A stretch of DNA of 62,441 nt, filler included, from Streblomastix strix (lineage: Eukaryota), in the NCBI GenBank assembly GCA_008636045.1. It is 4 parts of 4 records of this genome, joined end to end, with 100 filler letters (N's around TTAATTAATTAA, not from the genome) between each part and the next. Parts side by side here need not be neighbours in the genome. Positions count along the whole stretch, not along the records: positions 1 to 15,546 come from SNRW01000968.1; positions 15,647 to 31,188 come from SNRW01000969.1; 2 more parts are not named here. One strand, given 5' to 3'. Under the pieces are notes generated by a model. It was not told the origin of the DNA. It made no database searches and saw nothing but the letters and a program-made list of their open reading frames with translations. A program made the position numbers and the translations under genes. Positions 1 to 17,719 of this stretch are shown piece after piece; positions within the stretch are counted from its first letter, which is position 1, and every line of letters starts with the position of its first letter.

Positions 1-1
1 A

Positions 2-128
<127 letters not shown>

Positions 129-1506
129 TAATTTGTAAAAATTTCCGGTTGTATGTTTCAACATAATCTAATCCTTCATTGTAACCATCAAGTGTTTAAT
201 ATACGAAAAGTAAAATTATTTAGTAAATCATTCAATTACATCAAAAACTCTTGAATTAATAAATTTAACCAAAAAATATTTTCTGTGGAAATTTAAATAA
301 AAAATATTAAAATACTAAAGTTTAATTTAAATTTTTTTTAATATAAAATAATTTAAAAAAATTTTAATATTTTAAATTTGTTAAACTTTTTTGTTTAATT
401 GAAATTAAATATTTTAAGCAAAAATTATTCTAAACTATTAAATAATTTCAATATAATAATTTTTTCAAATTATCGTTTGATTTGTTTCAATAATTAAATA
501 TAATAAAAATACAATAGTTTTGGTAATTTTTAGTATTGTTATAATAATATGTTGAAAATTAATCCAATTAATTAATTTTCATTATAATAATACTTAATTA
601 TTGCTTATTTTAAAGCAGTTAAATCTAAATATTAAATAATTCTCAAATATACTAATAAATAAGAGGAGTATCAAAAATTCGATATAGAGTAAATTTAGAT
701 CAATAAGAAGGATGAATTATGAATATGTTTTTTAAAAGATATTTTGAATGTCTTTATTCCAATAAATTCTATAACCATTAAAATAACAAACAGTGTAATC
801 TACAGAAATTTCATTTACATTATATAGGTGTTCCTAACTAGCAGAGGATAACAGTTGAGTCACAGGCATATGACATAACTATATCATATATTTGATGTGA
901 TCCAGAAAAAACTTGGCCCATTAGAGCCCATCAATTGCTAAGTTTCGGACCACTGCCCTTATTCAATTACAGTACAAGAATCAAAATCGGTTATTGTTCT
1001 GAAATTTGCTATCTACATTGCCATTTCTGAGGTTTCAGAATTTAACCGCGATTTTATTGTTACCATTCAGCAACTGCAAAACTTAATTCATCTCATCGTT
1101 TCAATTATAACCCAGCATTTAATTCAACCTCAGACTCATTTGTTGTCATATGTCAATTGCTCACTTCAATTTATTGGGGTGATAGATTATTGATCGGAAT
1201 TTTAAAAAACTCATAAGAATTTATTAACTTATGCACACTTATGTCACATCAAACTTTGCCTGATTACTCATCAGATTAATTTTTTAAGAAAAGTGTCAAA
1301 AACTGCTTCTAAAGGATGCAATCATTGAACAATATACATTGTTATGAAAAAATCGTATAAAGAAGCAATTATTTAAAGCATTTTAATAAAATAAACATGT
1401 TAACATTTATTTCAAATTTTTTTTAAGAGTTCGGTTTAATAAATAATTTTTTTTCATGCTTTTAGGTTTAATTTGCATTTACAATGTTAGATTTCTTTAT
1501 TTTTCT

Positions 1507-1583
1507 GAGATTCAACCAGAGCCAATTTGTTATAACACCGTTTATTTGGATACAAATGAAATGTGTGCCAGATCGCTCAAAAT
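1507..1583 (-). repeat. DIRS element 1 right (3') ITR
   Basis: ttgttataacaccgtttatttggatacaaatgaaatgtgtgccagatcgctcaaaat is the reverse complement of ~5237-5293. Its outer 34 nt (1507-1540) are the reverse complement of 1754-1787. Confidence 0.92.
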
Positions 1584-1753
1584 GAAGTGCTGCTCTTCAT
1601 ATCTGCATTTCTTCATCATCATTCACTTCTGGTTGTTACGCTTCAAGTGGTCCCGCCGAACTGCAACTTGTCTAACAAGGCATGGAACTTGAGCTTGTGG
1701 TGTTCTGAAGAAAAGATGAAAAAGAAACATAGGTAGTTTCTTGTATTAAAACT

Positions 1754-1850
1754 CGGTGTTATAACAAATTGGCTCTGGTTGAGTCTCAAACCCAACAAGT
1801 GGGTTCGAGCAAAACCAAGAGCCTTTGTTATAACACCGATTATTTGGATA
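1754..1850 (-). repeat. DIRS element 1 internal complementary region (ICR)
   Basis: 1754-1787 is complementary to the outer end of the right ITR. 1788-1850 (aaacccaacaagtgggttcgagc...) is complementary to the outer end of the left ITR (5268-5330). Confidence 0.92.
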
Positions 1851-2239
1851 ATCTTCATTTGACATAATCAAATATATATTTCATTAATATTAATACATTT
1901 AGATATTTATTCATAAACATAATTTATTTCATATACAATAATTAAACTTAATTTCATTCAATTCAAATTTAATTAATTTTTCTTTATTTAATATAATTTA
2001 ACTTTATCTAATTTAGTTTAGTTTAATTTAATCTAATTTAATTTAATATTTTAATTAAAAAAATTTGATGAAATTTAATGTAATTTAATATAATTCATTA
2101 ATATATACTTAATTTAATAAAATTTTATTACTATTTTTCTATCAATCACCATTTCTCTTTACTCTCCTCTCTCTCACATACATTTAATCATATAGCATAT
2201 ATAAAATTAATATAAATCATGGATTAACTAACAATATTT

Positions 2240-2790
2240 TAAACCTCAAAGTCTTTCAAAATAAGTGCTCCAATCTCTCTAGCTATTAGTTTATATAAGA
2301 ACGTGTCACATGCGTTCGATCCTGAGGCATGTTTAGTAGCCTCATTCACCTCTTCCTATGTTGCGCCCTCATCTCGTAGTTTCGTCATCATCGCATGGCG
2401 AACTGTAGAACCTGCATATTCTTTATATATGCCGATTTCATCTAGGAGAAGCCTCGGCTCTCCGCTGCAGCCAGTTCCTCACAATTTCTTCTTTCTTTCA
2501 TAATCCCACCATATTACTTCATCTAGTTTCTTTGTACATTCTTCTGCAGATAACCATGATTTCATCGTATCAACCAAGCAGCAAGAAATCTATCTTTTGT
2601 TGAATGTAATTTCAAAATGCTTAGGTTTCTAATACTTCTTCATGACTGTTTTGATAATCATTATTTCATCTCTGAATATGATGTCATTCCGGGTAATTCT
2701 GGCAAGTTCGACCATTCTCGTGGCTGAGAAAGCCATTATCAACCCCATAGTTCTCCTCATTAGATCTTTCTCTGTACCCAGGCCCGACCG
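2240..2790 (-). pseudogene. DIRS tyrosine recombinase (YR), C-terminal catalytic part
   Basis: Translates as KDLMRRTMGLIMAFSATRMVELARITR...YAGSTVRHAMMTKLRDEGATQEEVNEATKHASGSNACDTFLYK. Shows the catalytic R box and the RH box of DIRS YRs, with an in-frame TGA. Confidence 0.85.
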
Positions 2791-2929
2791 CATTATGAAT
2801 TTGTTCGTCTGTTTGCTCTATTTCCTCTAGAATCGCACTCCAATTCGTTTGTGATGAAGCTATCGTTAGGTTTTATCCTATTTCCTTGATTTAAAAGCAT
2901 CTTGGTTTATTCAATTTAACTGTTTATTC

Positions 2930-3800
2930 TCATCATTCCAGCTCCCCACGAATTTGTTTATCCAGTTTCCAGTTCCTATTCCAGATCTTTCTTGCTACCG
3001 CTTTTGTATTCATTTTGTTCAGTTACCCCATATGCAGTGATGCATCTATTACTTAAGGTCTGAGGAAATTCAGCTTTCCAATCAGAGATATAATGCTTCT
3101 AATCTTGACAGTTTAGTAGTTACTAACCAGTTAAGTCCATTTTTGGATCTCAGATTTGAGATGTCTTTTCTTCTTCATCCGTGGTCCGGATTTCCATTTT
3201 CATTGTATCGAACTCCTATCTTAAAAATTTGAAGACTCTGAGAGGTATTGTTTTACATTTTGATTTCAGCATTTTCCAGCCTAGATCTTCCAGAAATTTG
3301 ATTATTTGGATTGTATCCAGCTCCAATTGCTTCCTATTCTAGCTCAATATCAGAACGTCATCTATATATTAGATTACTTTAATCTTCCATTTTTCTCCGA
3401 TGGCACGAATAGCTTGCTTCATGATCCTACAGAATACCATTGGGCTTCTGTTCCACCCAAATGGGAGTCAAACGTACGTGAAAGTCTTGCCTTTAAATCA
3501 GAATCCGAAATATTTCTGCAGTTCTTTAGACACTTTCACGTGATGATAGGCCTTCTCGATGTCCAGCTATGTAGCAAAGTCGCCTAATTAGATCGATTCC
3601 ATTACTGTGCTCACGTTCTCCATCGTGAAGTGCACCGGTTATGATACCCGATTAAGTAACCTACAGTCAAGCACTTTCCTCCATTTCCCACCGGCCTTTG
3701 GGACTGTGCATGTTGGATTGATGTGTATAATCACTTATTCCTATGCTTCCCTCACGATACCCAACTCCAGCTCCACATCCAATTGCTCTTTAAATTTATC
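2930..3800 (-). pseudogene. DIRS reverse transcriptase plus the start of the RNase H-proximal region
   Basis: VPKAGGKWRKVLDCRLLN..LDIEKAYHHV..LPFGWNRSPMVF..IQYIDDVLIL (YIDD 3357-3368), then SLIGKLNFLR. In-frame TGAs near 3468 and 3498. Confidence 0.92.
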
Positions 3801-4499
3801 CTCTCTCTGCAATTATTTCACTCTATCTCATCCGCCATGCATATTCTACAGTTTCATCAGCCTCTATTAATCTGTCCACGCAGGTTCTGCTCCGGTCAAT
3901 ATCCATTTATCTGCTCCAATATCCGCACAGCGTTCTATTCTGTTCAATAATTTATCTGAAAGGCATTCTTAAATTTCCGACATTGAGATATCCATTTTGC
4001 TCAATACCACTTTATGTTCCTTGCATATTTATTCATTAATCAGTTTCATTATCGGTTTTCTTATCGCTTTTGATTGCTTGATTTTAGTCATCTTACTCAA
4101 TATCAATATCCATCTGGCCTTCGCTCCCCTCCCCAATCTCGCTCTCCATTCATTGGATTTTATGTTGGGACACCTCCTACCTATAATCATGCTTCGGATA
4201 TCGAGGTTTCGGCATCTGCATGTATTCACCATTCCTCTAGCGCTTCTATTTTTGTTACTCGTTGTTCCATCCTGTTTGTTGATGTTGATACGGCACGTTT
4301 TAGATGAATGGGGTATTTTATCCTATTGTAAGGCCATAGAATCGATAGCTATTCGGTTGAAAATTGGGAGCACCTTGTTAATAGTTTCAGTTCTACCAGT
4401 TTGGAATGATACCTCCAGCATTGTATGCAGTAAATGGTTTCTTATATCTGAATGCGCCATTTTGATTTCCTTGTTACAATTGTATTTGTTGTTAAGGCA

Positions 4500-5223
4500 T
4501 GGTTTCAAATGACTATAATTAGCTGTTGTTCTATGATTTGTTCGTTTATTGCATTAGCTTCTAATTCTTCTATACTTCATTTGCAATACTTTTTGACTCA
4601 CTACCGAGCAGCAACGTAACTCCACCTCCTGTTTCCAAAACTTTTCTAACGTCCTCATTCACTACAGCGATCTCTCTGCGTTTTTGTTCGTCACCCGCGA
4701 ATAATCTACATGCATGATTCGCAGATAGCAATGAGTTTAAGGTTCATTCCCTGACCCCTCCAATTAGTTGCATAATTGCGGCTTCGATCATTTTCTGGCT
4801 GTGAAATGCGAAGATTTACGTTTCACGCTCATTCGGCAAATCGTTTGCCCCTGCAAGCTCGGCAATTTATTTATCCTCGTGTAATAGTAGCATAATCATC
4901 TGTTCCCTTCGCCTAATGTCTGATCGTACCTCTGGTTATGCGCGCTCGCCAGTTTAATCCAGGTTTTTCAACTTTCGTACGTAAAAGCCCAAAAATATGG
5001 CTTTTCCAAGTTCCAGGATCTCCAGTCTCCTTGCTTCTTCAGCAGGTGTAAGGCCTTTGTTCGTAAACGGCTTTAACCAGTTATGCCTATCGTTTCCCGC
5101 TTTTAATGGTTAAATTTCATCCTGCCGCTGCGCCTGCACGTCACTCATTCCGCATGGTTAGATATTGTGTTGATCAATCACTTCCAGGTTGTTTAGTAGT
5201 CCTGGTGGATCGACCACTGCCAT
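4500..5223 (-). pseudogene. DIRS ORF1 (gag-like), probably disrupted
   Basis: ATG just inside the left ITR (MAVVDPPGLLNNLEVIDQ...), GC-richer coding-like sequence upstream of RT. The assignment is positional. Confidence 0.6.
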
Positions 5224-5236
5224 ATGTATGCAATAA

Positions 5237-5330
5237 ATTTTGAGCGATCTGGCCCACATTTCATTTGTATCCAAATAAACGGTGTTATAACAAAAGCTCT
5301 TGGATTAGCTCGAACCCACTTGTTGGGTTT
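5237..5330 (-). repeat. DIRS element 1 left (5') ITR
   Basis: Reverse complement of 1527-1583 plus a unique outer extension matching ICR 1788-1850. Confidence 0.92.
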
Positions 5331-5412
5331 AATCAGAAAAATTCACGCTTCCAGTTAATCTGATAAATAAAGTATTTTTCAATTTTAAAAAATAAATATT
5401 AATTGGAATTTC

Positions 5413-5800
5413 AAACTTGATCTTGATTGGTTAATGAAATCTATCAATTTTATATTTATTGTTCTTATTAATTATTTTTTTATACAGAGTTTTTTAATAA
5501 AATATACCAGAGCATATATTTTATGGAAAATATGAAGTTTATTTTACTGTGAAATCAACAAAAAAGAAGAAAAATATTCAGAAATAAAATAGATAATAAA
5601 ACGAGATAAATAAATAAATAAATAAGATATGAGAATGAGAAAGATTTATATGTGAATTGTATTTGATCAGATATATTACGATTAAGATTAAGATTTGAGA
5701 ATTAAGGAGGATATGAAACTCTATATATTTATTAATAGATTATGAATAAGAATAAGAAGAGGACTAATAAAGACAATAATAAAAAGTAAAGAAGATTAAA
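5413..5800 (+). repeat. ~390-bp AT-rich repeat, copy A (inverted relative to 12121-12508)
   Basis: Near-identical reverse complement, e.g. gaattgtatttgatcagatatattacgattaagattaagatttgag versus ctcaaatcttaatcttaatcgtaatatatctgatcaaatacaattc. Confidence 0.9.
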
Positions 5801-6093
5801 TTGAATGAGAAATGCAAAGAAAGTATGAATAAAAAAATAATAAAAATAATAATAGAATTGTTGAAATTTTATTAATGTGTAAATTGATGAGCAATTTACG
5901 ATAATGATTATTAAAAGAATAAGATAAAATTTGATATTGATTATGAGATAGAATTTTCTGGTGTATTACATAGAAATATCGCCTATAATTCCTATTAATA
6001 CTTAAAATAATTTCTTTACACTTTCAAAAATTATTTAAATATGATTATTTAAAATTATAAATAAATTATAAATCTCTCATTAAAATTTATTCA

Positions 6094-11870
<5,777 letters not shown>

Positions 11871-12120
11871 TTTTTTGAGAATTATCCAGCGAAACTGAAT
11901 TTGAAAAACCTTTTACTTAATAATAGTCAAACCAATTTCAAATTAAAAAAAATATTAATCTAACATATTTTTCATAAATTTAATAATATATTTGCACAGT
12001 CTGTTTTGTGTTTTTGTAAATTGTGAAATTTTAGATTTAATTAAAAAGCTCGATATCATGCGTATCGTTTTGGATTCTTTTATACAAATTTAAATCTATA
12101 TTCAATAATGATAAATGAAA

Positions 12121-12508
12121 TTTAATCCAATTTTACTTTTTATTATTGTCTTTATTAGTCCTATTCTTATTCTTATTCATAATCTATTAATAAACATCTT
12201 ATCTTTCATATCCTCCTTAATTCTCAAATCTTAATCTTAATCGTAATATATCTGATCAAATACAATTCACATATAAATCTTTCTCATTCTCATATCTTAT
12301 TTATTAATTTATTTATCTCGTTTTATTATCTATTTTATTTCTGAATATTTTTCTTCTTTTTTGTTGATTTATCAGTAAAATAAACTCCATATTTTCCATA
12401 AAATATATGCTCTGGTATATTTTATTAATAAACTCTGTATAAAAAATAATTAATAAGAACAATAAATATAAAATTGATAGATTTCATTAACAAATCAAGA
12501 TCAAGTTT
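12121..12508 (-). repeat. ~390-bp AT-rich repeat, copy B
   Basis: Reverse complement of 5413-5800. Confidence 0.9.
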
Positions 12509-12603
12509 AAAAATAAATATGTTAATATAAAAAAGATATTATTAACTAATAAGAAATGAATAATTATTACTCAAAAAATGTGAATTAGATAAAACTCATC
12601 AAT

Positions 12604-14692
12604 TCAATATTCATATTCTTCATTCTAATCTTCTTAATAATAATCTTCTTCTTCCAAATGATCATTATAATATTCATTCTAATCATCTTCAAACTAAAAT
12701 GGCCTTGTGTTTCTCTTGTAAATATAGGTGTTCAGAATCTCTGCTTTGGTTTTATTTGCTTAATCTTTGATACTATTATTATATTTATTTATTAATTATG
12801 ATTCTACTTCTTCATTTCCTCCTTCATCTTCTATTTATTCAATGCAGCTTTTAGCAAGAGCTGGTTATGCTGGGAAGGATGGTTAATTATAATTATAATT
12901 ATTTCTCCAATTATTAAGTTCTCTGAGAAAATTGGAGATGCTTTATAATCCATTAATGATCTCTTTATTTCCTTATATTTCTGTCCCACCTGCAGTACTA
13001 ATATGTATGATTAGTACTCTTCCATATCCAACATTAATTAGTTCATATTAATCTTATTTATCACCATTGCTTTGAATCTTTTTAAGACATTATCTGCTCC
13101 AATATCTAATTTGTTATGATTAATAATCTTATTCATTGTTGATGTGTATGTTGCGTTTATAATTAATAAGTAAAGTGAGTGAATGAAGAAAGTTTGGAAT
13201 TTATATTATTAATTTGCGTTTATTATTTTTCAAGATTAGACTTGAAAGGAAATGAAGTGATGAAGATATAAATGATGGAGAAGAAGAATATTCTGATTAT
13301 TAATGATGTTATTATTAACTAATGTTTGTTTTCTAATCAAGTTGAAATTATGTTGAATATGAAATTATGAATTATACGAGATGGAAAATAAAGTTATTAT
13401 CTTAATTTAACATGATTTCGAATCCAAAATTATTGTTTGAAACTTCAAAAAGAGCTTAGATTGCAACTTCCTGTAATTCTTATAAAGCAGGAGATGTTTG
13501 AATGATGATGCGTTAAGTACAATTTATGTCTTCAGGACAATTGATATGAATCAGTTGAGATAATTTTTCTTTCAGAATATTTATTATCTGATCTGGAATT
13601 CTTTCTCCATAATAATTTACTCTAATTAAAGAAATTAATCTAATTAATTCAGATGTTTATTATAATTCACTTTCTGTTTCTTATTTATTCATTTAATTAT
13701 TAATTTCTTATTTATCATCTTGTTTTATGATATTGATTATATTTAATACATTATTTATATTTTTATTAATAACTTTATCATAAATATCTATCATTGATTA
13801 ATCTGATTTTCTTCCTTTCATTATTTAAATAAGAATTTTTGTTAATTGTTCAGTTTCTTCAGAATATTTCTTTTATTCTTTTTCTTTATCAATCTTATCT
13901 TTAATTATCAATTTAATCTTTGTAATGAGTTTAGATTAAAGAAATGAATCGAATAATTAATTATTTTCATTAGAACCTTCTTCTATCTATTCTTCTTCTG
14001 ATCCATCATCAAAATGCATCTATTTTCCTTTTTCTATTAATAATTCAATCATATTTAAAATAATCTTTTCAGATTTAGAGGAAAAGTTTCCAATTCGTTT
14101 AACCATTATCAATCATCTATGAATCAAATATCTTTTATAATTCTTTAATTTCTTTATTTTTCATTTATTCAAATAATACTAATGTTTTTTATTCTTTTTC
14201 TTATTCGGATAATAAATTAATTCCAAATATGTTGGACGTACTTTTATCTATAATTTTTATGATTCTTTCTTTCATTTCATCATCAATTTTTAATCCTTCC
14301 ATTATATTCAAATATATTTACATCAATTGTTCAGTAATTTAGGAGAAAGGAATATTATCATTTTCTTTTTCTTCTTATTCTATTTTCTATTATATTAGTT
14401 GTTCAATCTTAATAATGAATCCAGAATAATGAAAGGTAAAGAAGAATATATTATCATCTCCTTATTTTCCTTTTTCTGAAACTATTTCAATTATATCAAA
14501 TAATAACTTCTATATTGTTGTTGTACAATCATTTATATATTTCAGAATTAGTTTGAATTCTTCAATATTAAATATTCTTCTTAATTCATCTTTTTCTTTC
14601 TTTTTCAATTCATTGATAATTTCTCTAATCTTTATTTCTTTTTCTTCATCATTTAATGTATTAGATTCAATAATGAAATGAATATCTTTCAT
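12604..14692 (-). pseudogene. Uncharacterised 'ISTxGG...EEEGGxEEI/VES' family gene, 5' part frame-disrupted (or with unresolved introns)
   Basis: C-terminal translation GYGRVLIIHISTAGGTE...KSCIEQIEDEGGNEEVESQLIN..TGA at 12604, similar to the C-terminus of 33696-36617. Frame changes and TGAs occur near 14050-14250. Confidence 0.55.
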
Positions 14693-15546
14693 TATTTAAT
14701 GTAATTAATCTAACTAATATTACGGTTCTGTAATTATCATAATAAAATAATAAATAAAATAATAAAAGATAAAAAATTATAAAATTTACAAGACAATGAA
14801 TTATAAAATTAATGCACAAATAAATTTATTTATACTGAATTAAATATTCATTAAATTATTAAATTACTAAAATAAAATAAATTATATATAGTATTTATTT
14901 GAATATTTTATAAATAAATAATTTACCTTGATTGAAATCAGATATTAAATGACTTTCATGTTGGGCAAATTGGATTTAATCTTATTATATTACAGGATTA
15001 GTAACATATATATTAATATTATTGGGATTTTATTAATCTGAGTTGTTTTGATCCATTGTAAGCAAAGATAAATGAATTAAACAAACAAAATAAATAAATA
15101 AATGGAGAATAATGAAAATTATTGTATAAAAAGAATGTGAAGTATTTATAGAAATAATTAGAAAAATAAGTAGAAATAAATCTATGAATAAATTAATACT
15201 AAATAAGATTGGGTAGATTAGCTTTTAAAATGAATAGAATATTGGACTAATAAATAGTTGTTGCTGGCTGTTGAGAACAAGTGTACGGCAGTTGTTTACC
15301 AGCAAATGGATGTTGATAAATTGTGTGGTATTTGCAATACAATATGCAATAGTTGTGAAAAAGTGCGCAGTGGTTTTATATAAGCAAATGAGAGTTGTCT
15401 AAATTTGATTGATAAATAAAAATTAATAATTAAATGAATAAATAAGAAACAGAAAGTGAATTATAATAAACATCTGAATTAATTAGATTAATTTCTTTAA
15501 TTAGAGTAAATTATTATGGAGAAAGAATTCCAGATCAGATAATAAA

Positions 15547-15646
15547 NNNNNNNNNNNNNNNNNNNNNNNNNNNNNNNNNNNNNNNNNNNNTTAATTAATT
15601 AANNNNNNNNNNNNNNNNNNNNNNNNNNNNNNNNNNNNNNNNNNNN
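15547..15646. other. Artificial contig linker (N44-TTAATTAATTAA-N44)
   Basis: An identical linker occurs three times. The flanking contigs decrease in length (15546, 15542, 15528, 15525). Confidence 0.97.
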
Positions 15647-16150
15647 TATTTATTTTATTTTTCTATGTGGGGCACTCTCCATATTCTCATAACTACTATC
15701 CAAGCTATTTTAATTAGGATTATCTTTCTTTTCTTAATCTTCTTATTTCCATTATTTTTCTAATCTATATGCTTCTTATTATTTAGCAGCTTATGTTGCC
15801 TAATCTCCTGCATAATTAATTAGATCATTTATGATTTTCTAACGTTTCTCTTCAATTGTTTATTCATTTGTCTATTCATTTGTCTTCTCATTTATCTTTT
15901 CATTTGTCTATTCATCAATAGTTTCATTAATGAGTGATGCGTTCACCACTTCATTAACGATTTCACTTATGATACCATTAATTTCTTATTTTTTTCCCTC
16001 TTATTCCTTGATTAATTATTCCATCTTCGCTTTAACTTCATCATTTGTTTTTGATTTACGATTATATGCTCTCTTTGGTCCTTTTTCAATTGTCACTTAT
16101 TTGATGTTTTGTTGGTTTGTTTGGATGCTTGAGGATTCTAAAGTTGCCAT
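15647..16150 (-). CDS. Hypothetical protein, 3'-truncated by the contig end
   Basis: Open frame from ATG (MATLESSSIQTNQQNIKQVTIEKGPKRAYNRKSK...) with no TGA before the gap. No recognised domain. Confidence 0.5.
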
Positions 16151-17719
16151 TTTGGTTAACAATTAAAATGTTTAGGTAAGTTGATAAAAATAAATTTATT
16201 TAGAATAATCAGAAGAAATTATTTAGCGACCGACCGACTATAATTTTGGCAATTTTTAAAAGTCCAATCCTGCACAGTTCACAGATATAGATAATCAATC
16301 ACTTCATCAATCGTTTCATCAATCAATACATCAATTTCATCACTAACTCATATAAACCATCGACCCACTGGTCGAACCCACTTATTCAATTTCAATAGAA
16401 AAAATAAGTTCGACACATCTCATTAACCCACACGCCAATAACGTAGCACACAAATCATTGGATTTGGGTTTGTGGTTAGTTTAAATGAGTGCTGACCAAA
16501 CATAGAAAAATGACGTCACTTTGTTCTAAGACCAATCACAAAACTGATCACTTAAGTTATGTTTAACATTGTTGATCTCATTAATTCAAACATATTGATT
16601 TAGCATTCATCTTCAACTGCGCATTTCATTCATACAATCATTCATTTTCATCACTAATCTCCATATTTCAACTAATTATTTTGACACTTCAAAGTATCTT
16701 TTAAAACTAATATCAAACTAATATCAAGCAATAGTGCGCATATTCAAGAACCCCAGTAATTTGGAACATAAAATCCATAACTGCTTCACATCAATGTTGA
16801 TGTGTTTGTGGCCTAGGCAAATGGTGTTAGTTTTATATGTGAGGGCAGCACTCATTTATACTAACTACTAAGGTAATGTATTTCCATATTAAATTCGGGC
16901 TGAAGAAGCGAAACTGAAGGCAGAACCTCTATCAAAATGCTGGCATTTATTTTTTCCAGGGAAGGTTCAAAGATGAGTTAGGATTTGCAGTTGCATCATC
17001 TAAAGAGGAGAATTCTTCTAAATGAGGCCACGACGCGGGAAACAAATATTTGGGCGCCGAAACTTTGGGGGTTCGTTAATTATAGTTATTTTGAATGATT
17101 CACTTGCATTTCATTCACATTTATAACTATATAAAATAAAACCAAAAAATGAAATGCAATTTGAAAATAATATTTAAGTAATAAATTTTAGAAAACCGTT
17201 TACGATTTACGAAAAATCGAAACTGACTGTAGTTTTAAATTCATTAAAAGAAAAATCTATAGCTCTTATCAACAAATTATCTTTGTTTTGTGTTAAAAAA
17301 TATAGTAATAATGGTATTGATTAAGAATTAAGACAAAAATCTGATGCAAATTGTAATGTATTCTCAAAATAAAACATTTGAATTTTACTAAAATACTTTC
17401 GAATTACGAAAAACCGAAACCGACTGTACTTAACATTAAAAGTTTAAAAATTACGTAAATTATTGCTTAACAATTTAACTATATTAATTTAATAAAATAA
17501 TATCTTTAAAAATTTTAATCATAAAAAAATATTTTTTAATCACTTATTTTCTGGCTTTACCATTCATGCTTCAAAACTGTTTGATATATAATTGTGTTTA
17601 ATAAAATCATACATATTTATTATTTGGTAATTTATGTAGATACTATTGATTCTGAATGCGCTGGGGAAGCTGATGCCATTTTTCTTTGTGCGCATGAAAA
17701 TACCACAGGGAAGTAATTT

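Larger units (their letters stand above)
1507..5330 (-). mobile_element. DIRS-type tyrosine-recombinase retrotransposon, both termini present, internally deleted and degenerate
   Basis: Inverted terminal repeats at 5237-5330 and 1507-1583 and an internal complementary region at 1754-1850. Minus-strand gag-like ORF, RT (YIDD) and tyrosine recombinase read with TAA/TAG=Gln. Confidence 0.93.

Noticed and set aside
700..1340. Moderately GC-richer coding-like stretch
   Set aside because: Multiple TGAs in the frames examined and no recognisable motif.
3460..3505. In-frame TGA codons in DIRS RT as possible Trp/Sec recoding
   Set aside because: They fall at positions expected to be Arg/Gly in decayed elements, and TGA terminates all resolved host genes, so they are nonsense mutations.
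15255..15410. Short CxxC-rich fragment (LCGICNTICNSC)
   Set aside because: Too short and next to a likely chimeric junction, so no gene model can be supported.
15421..15546. Exact 126-nt inverted copy of 13580-13705 at the contig end
   Set aside because: Perfect identity, short distance and terminal position fit a whole-genome-amplification inversion chimera or misassembly rather than a TIR.
15547..15646. TTAATTAATTAA palindrome flanked by Ns, recurring every ~15.6 kb (also 31189, 46817)
   Set aside because: Artificial all-frame-stop linker between length-sorted contigs. No synteny can be inferred across it.
16300..17430. GC-richer patches and a ~25-nt imperfect direct repeat (ttacgaaaaa(t/c)cgaaac(t/c)gactgta at ~17207 and ~17404)
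   Set aside because: No ORF, RNA family or element ends could be identified.
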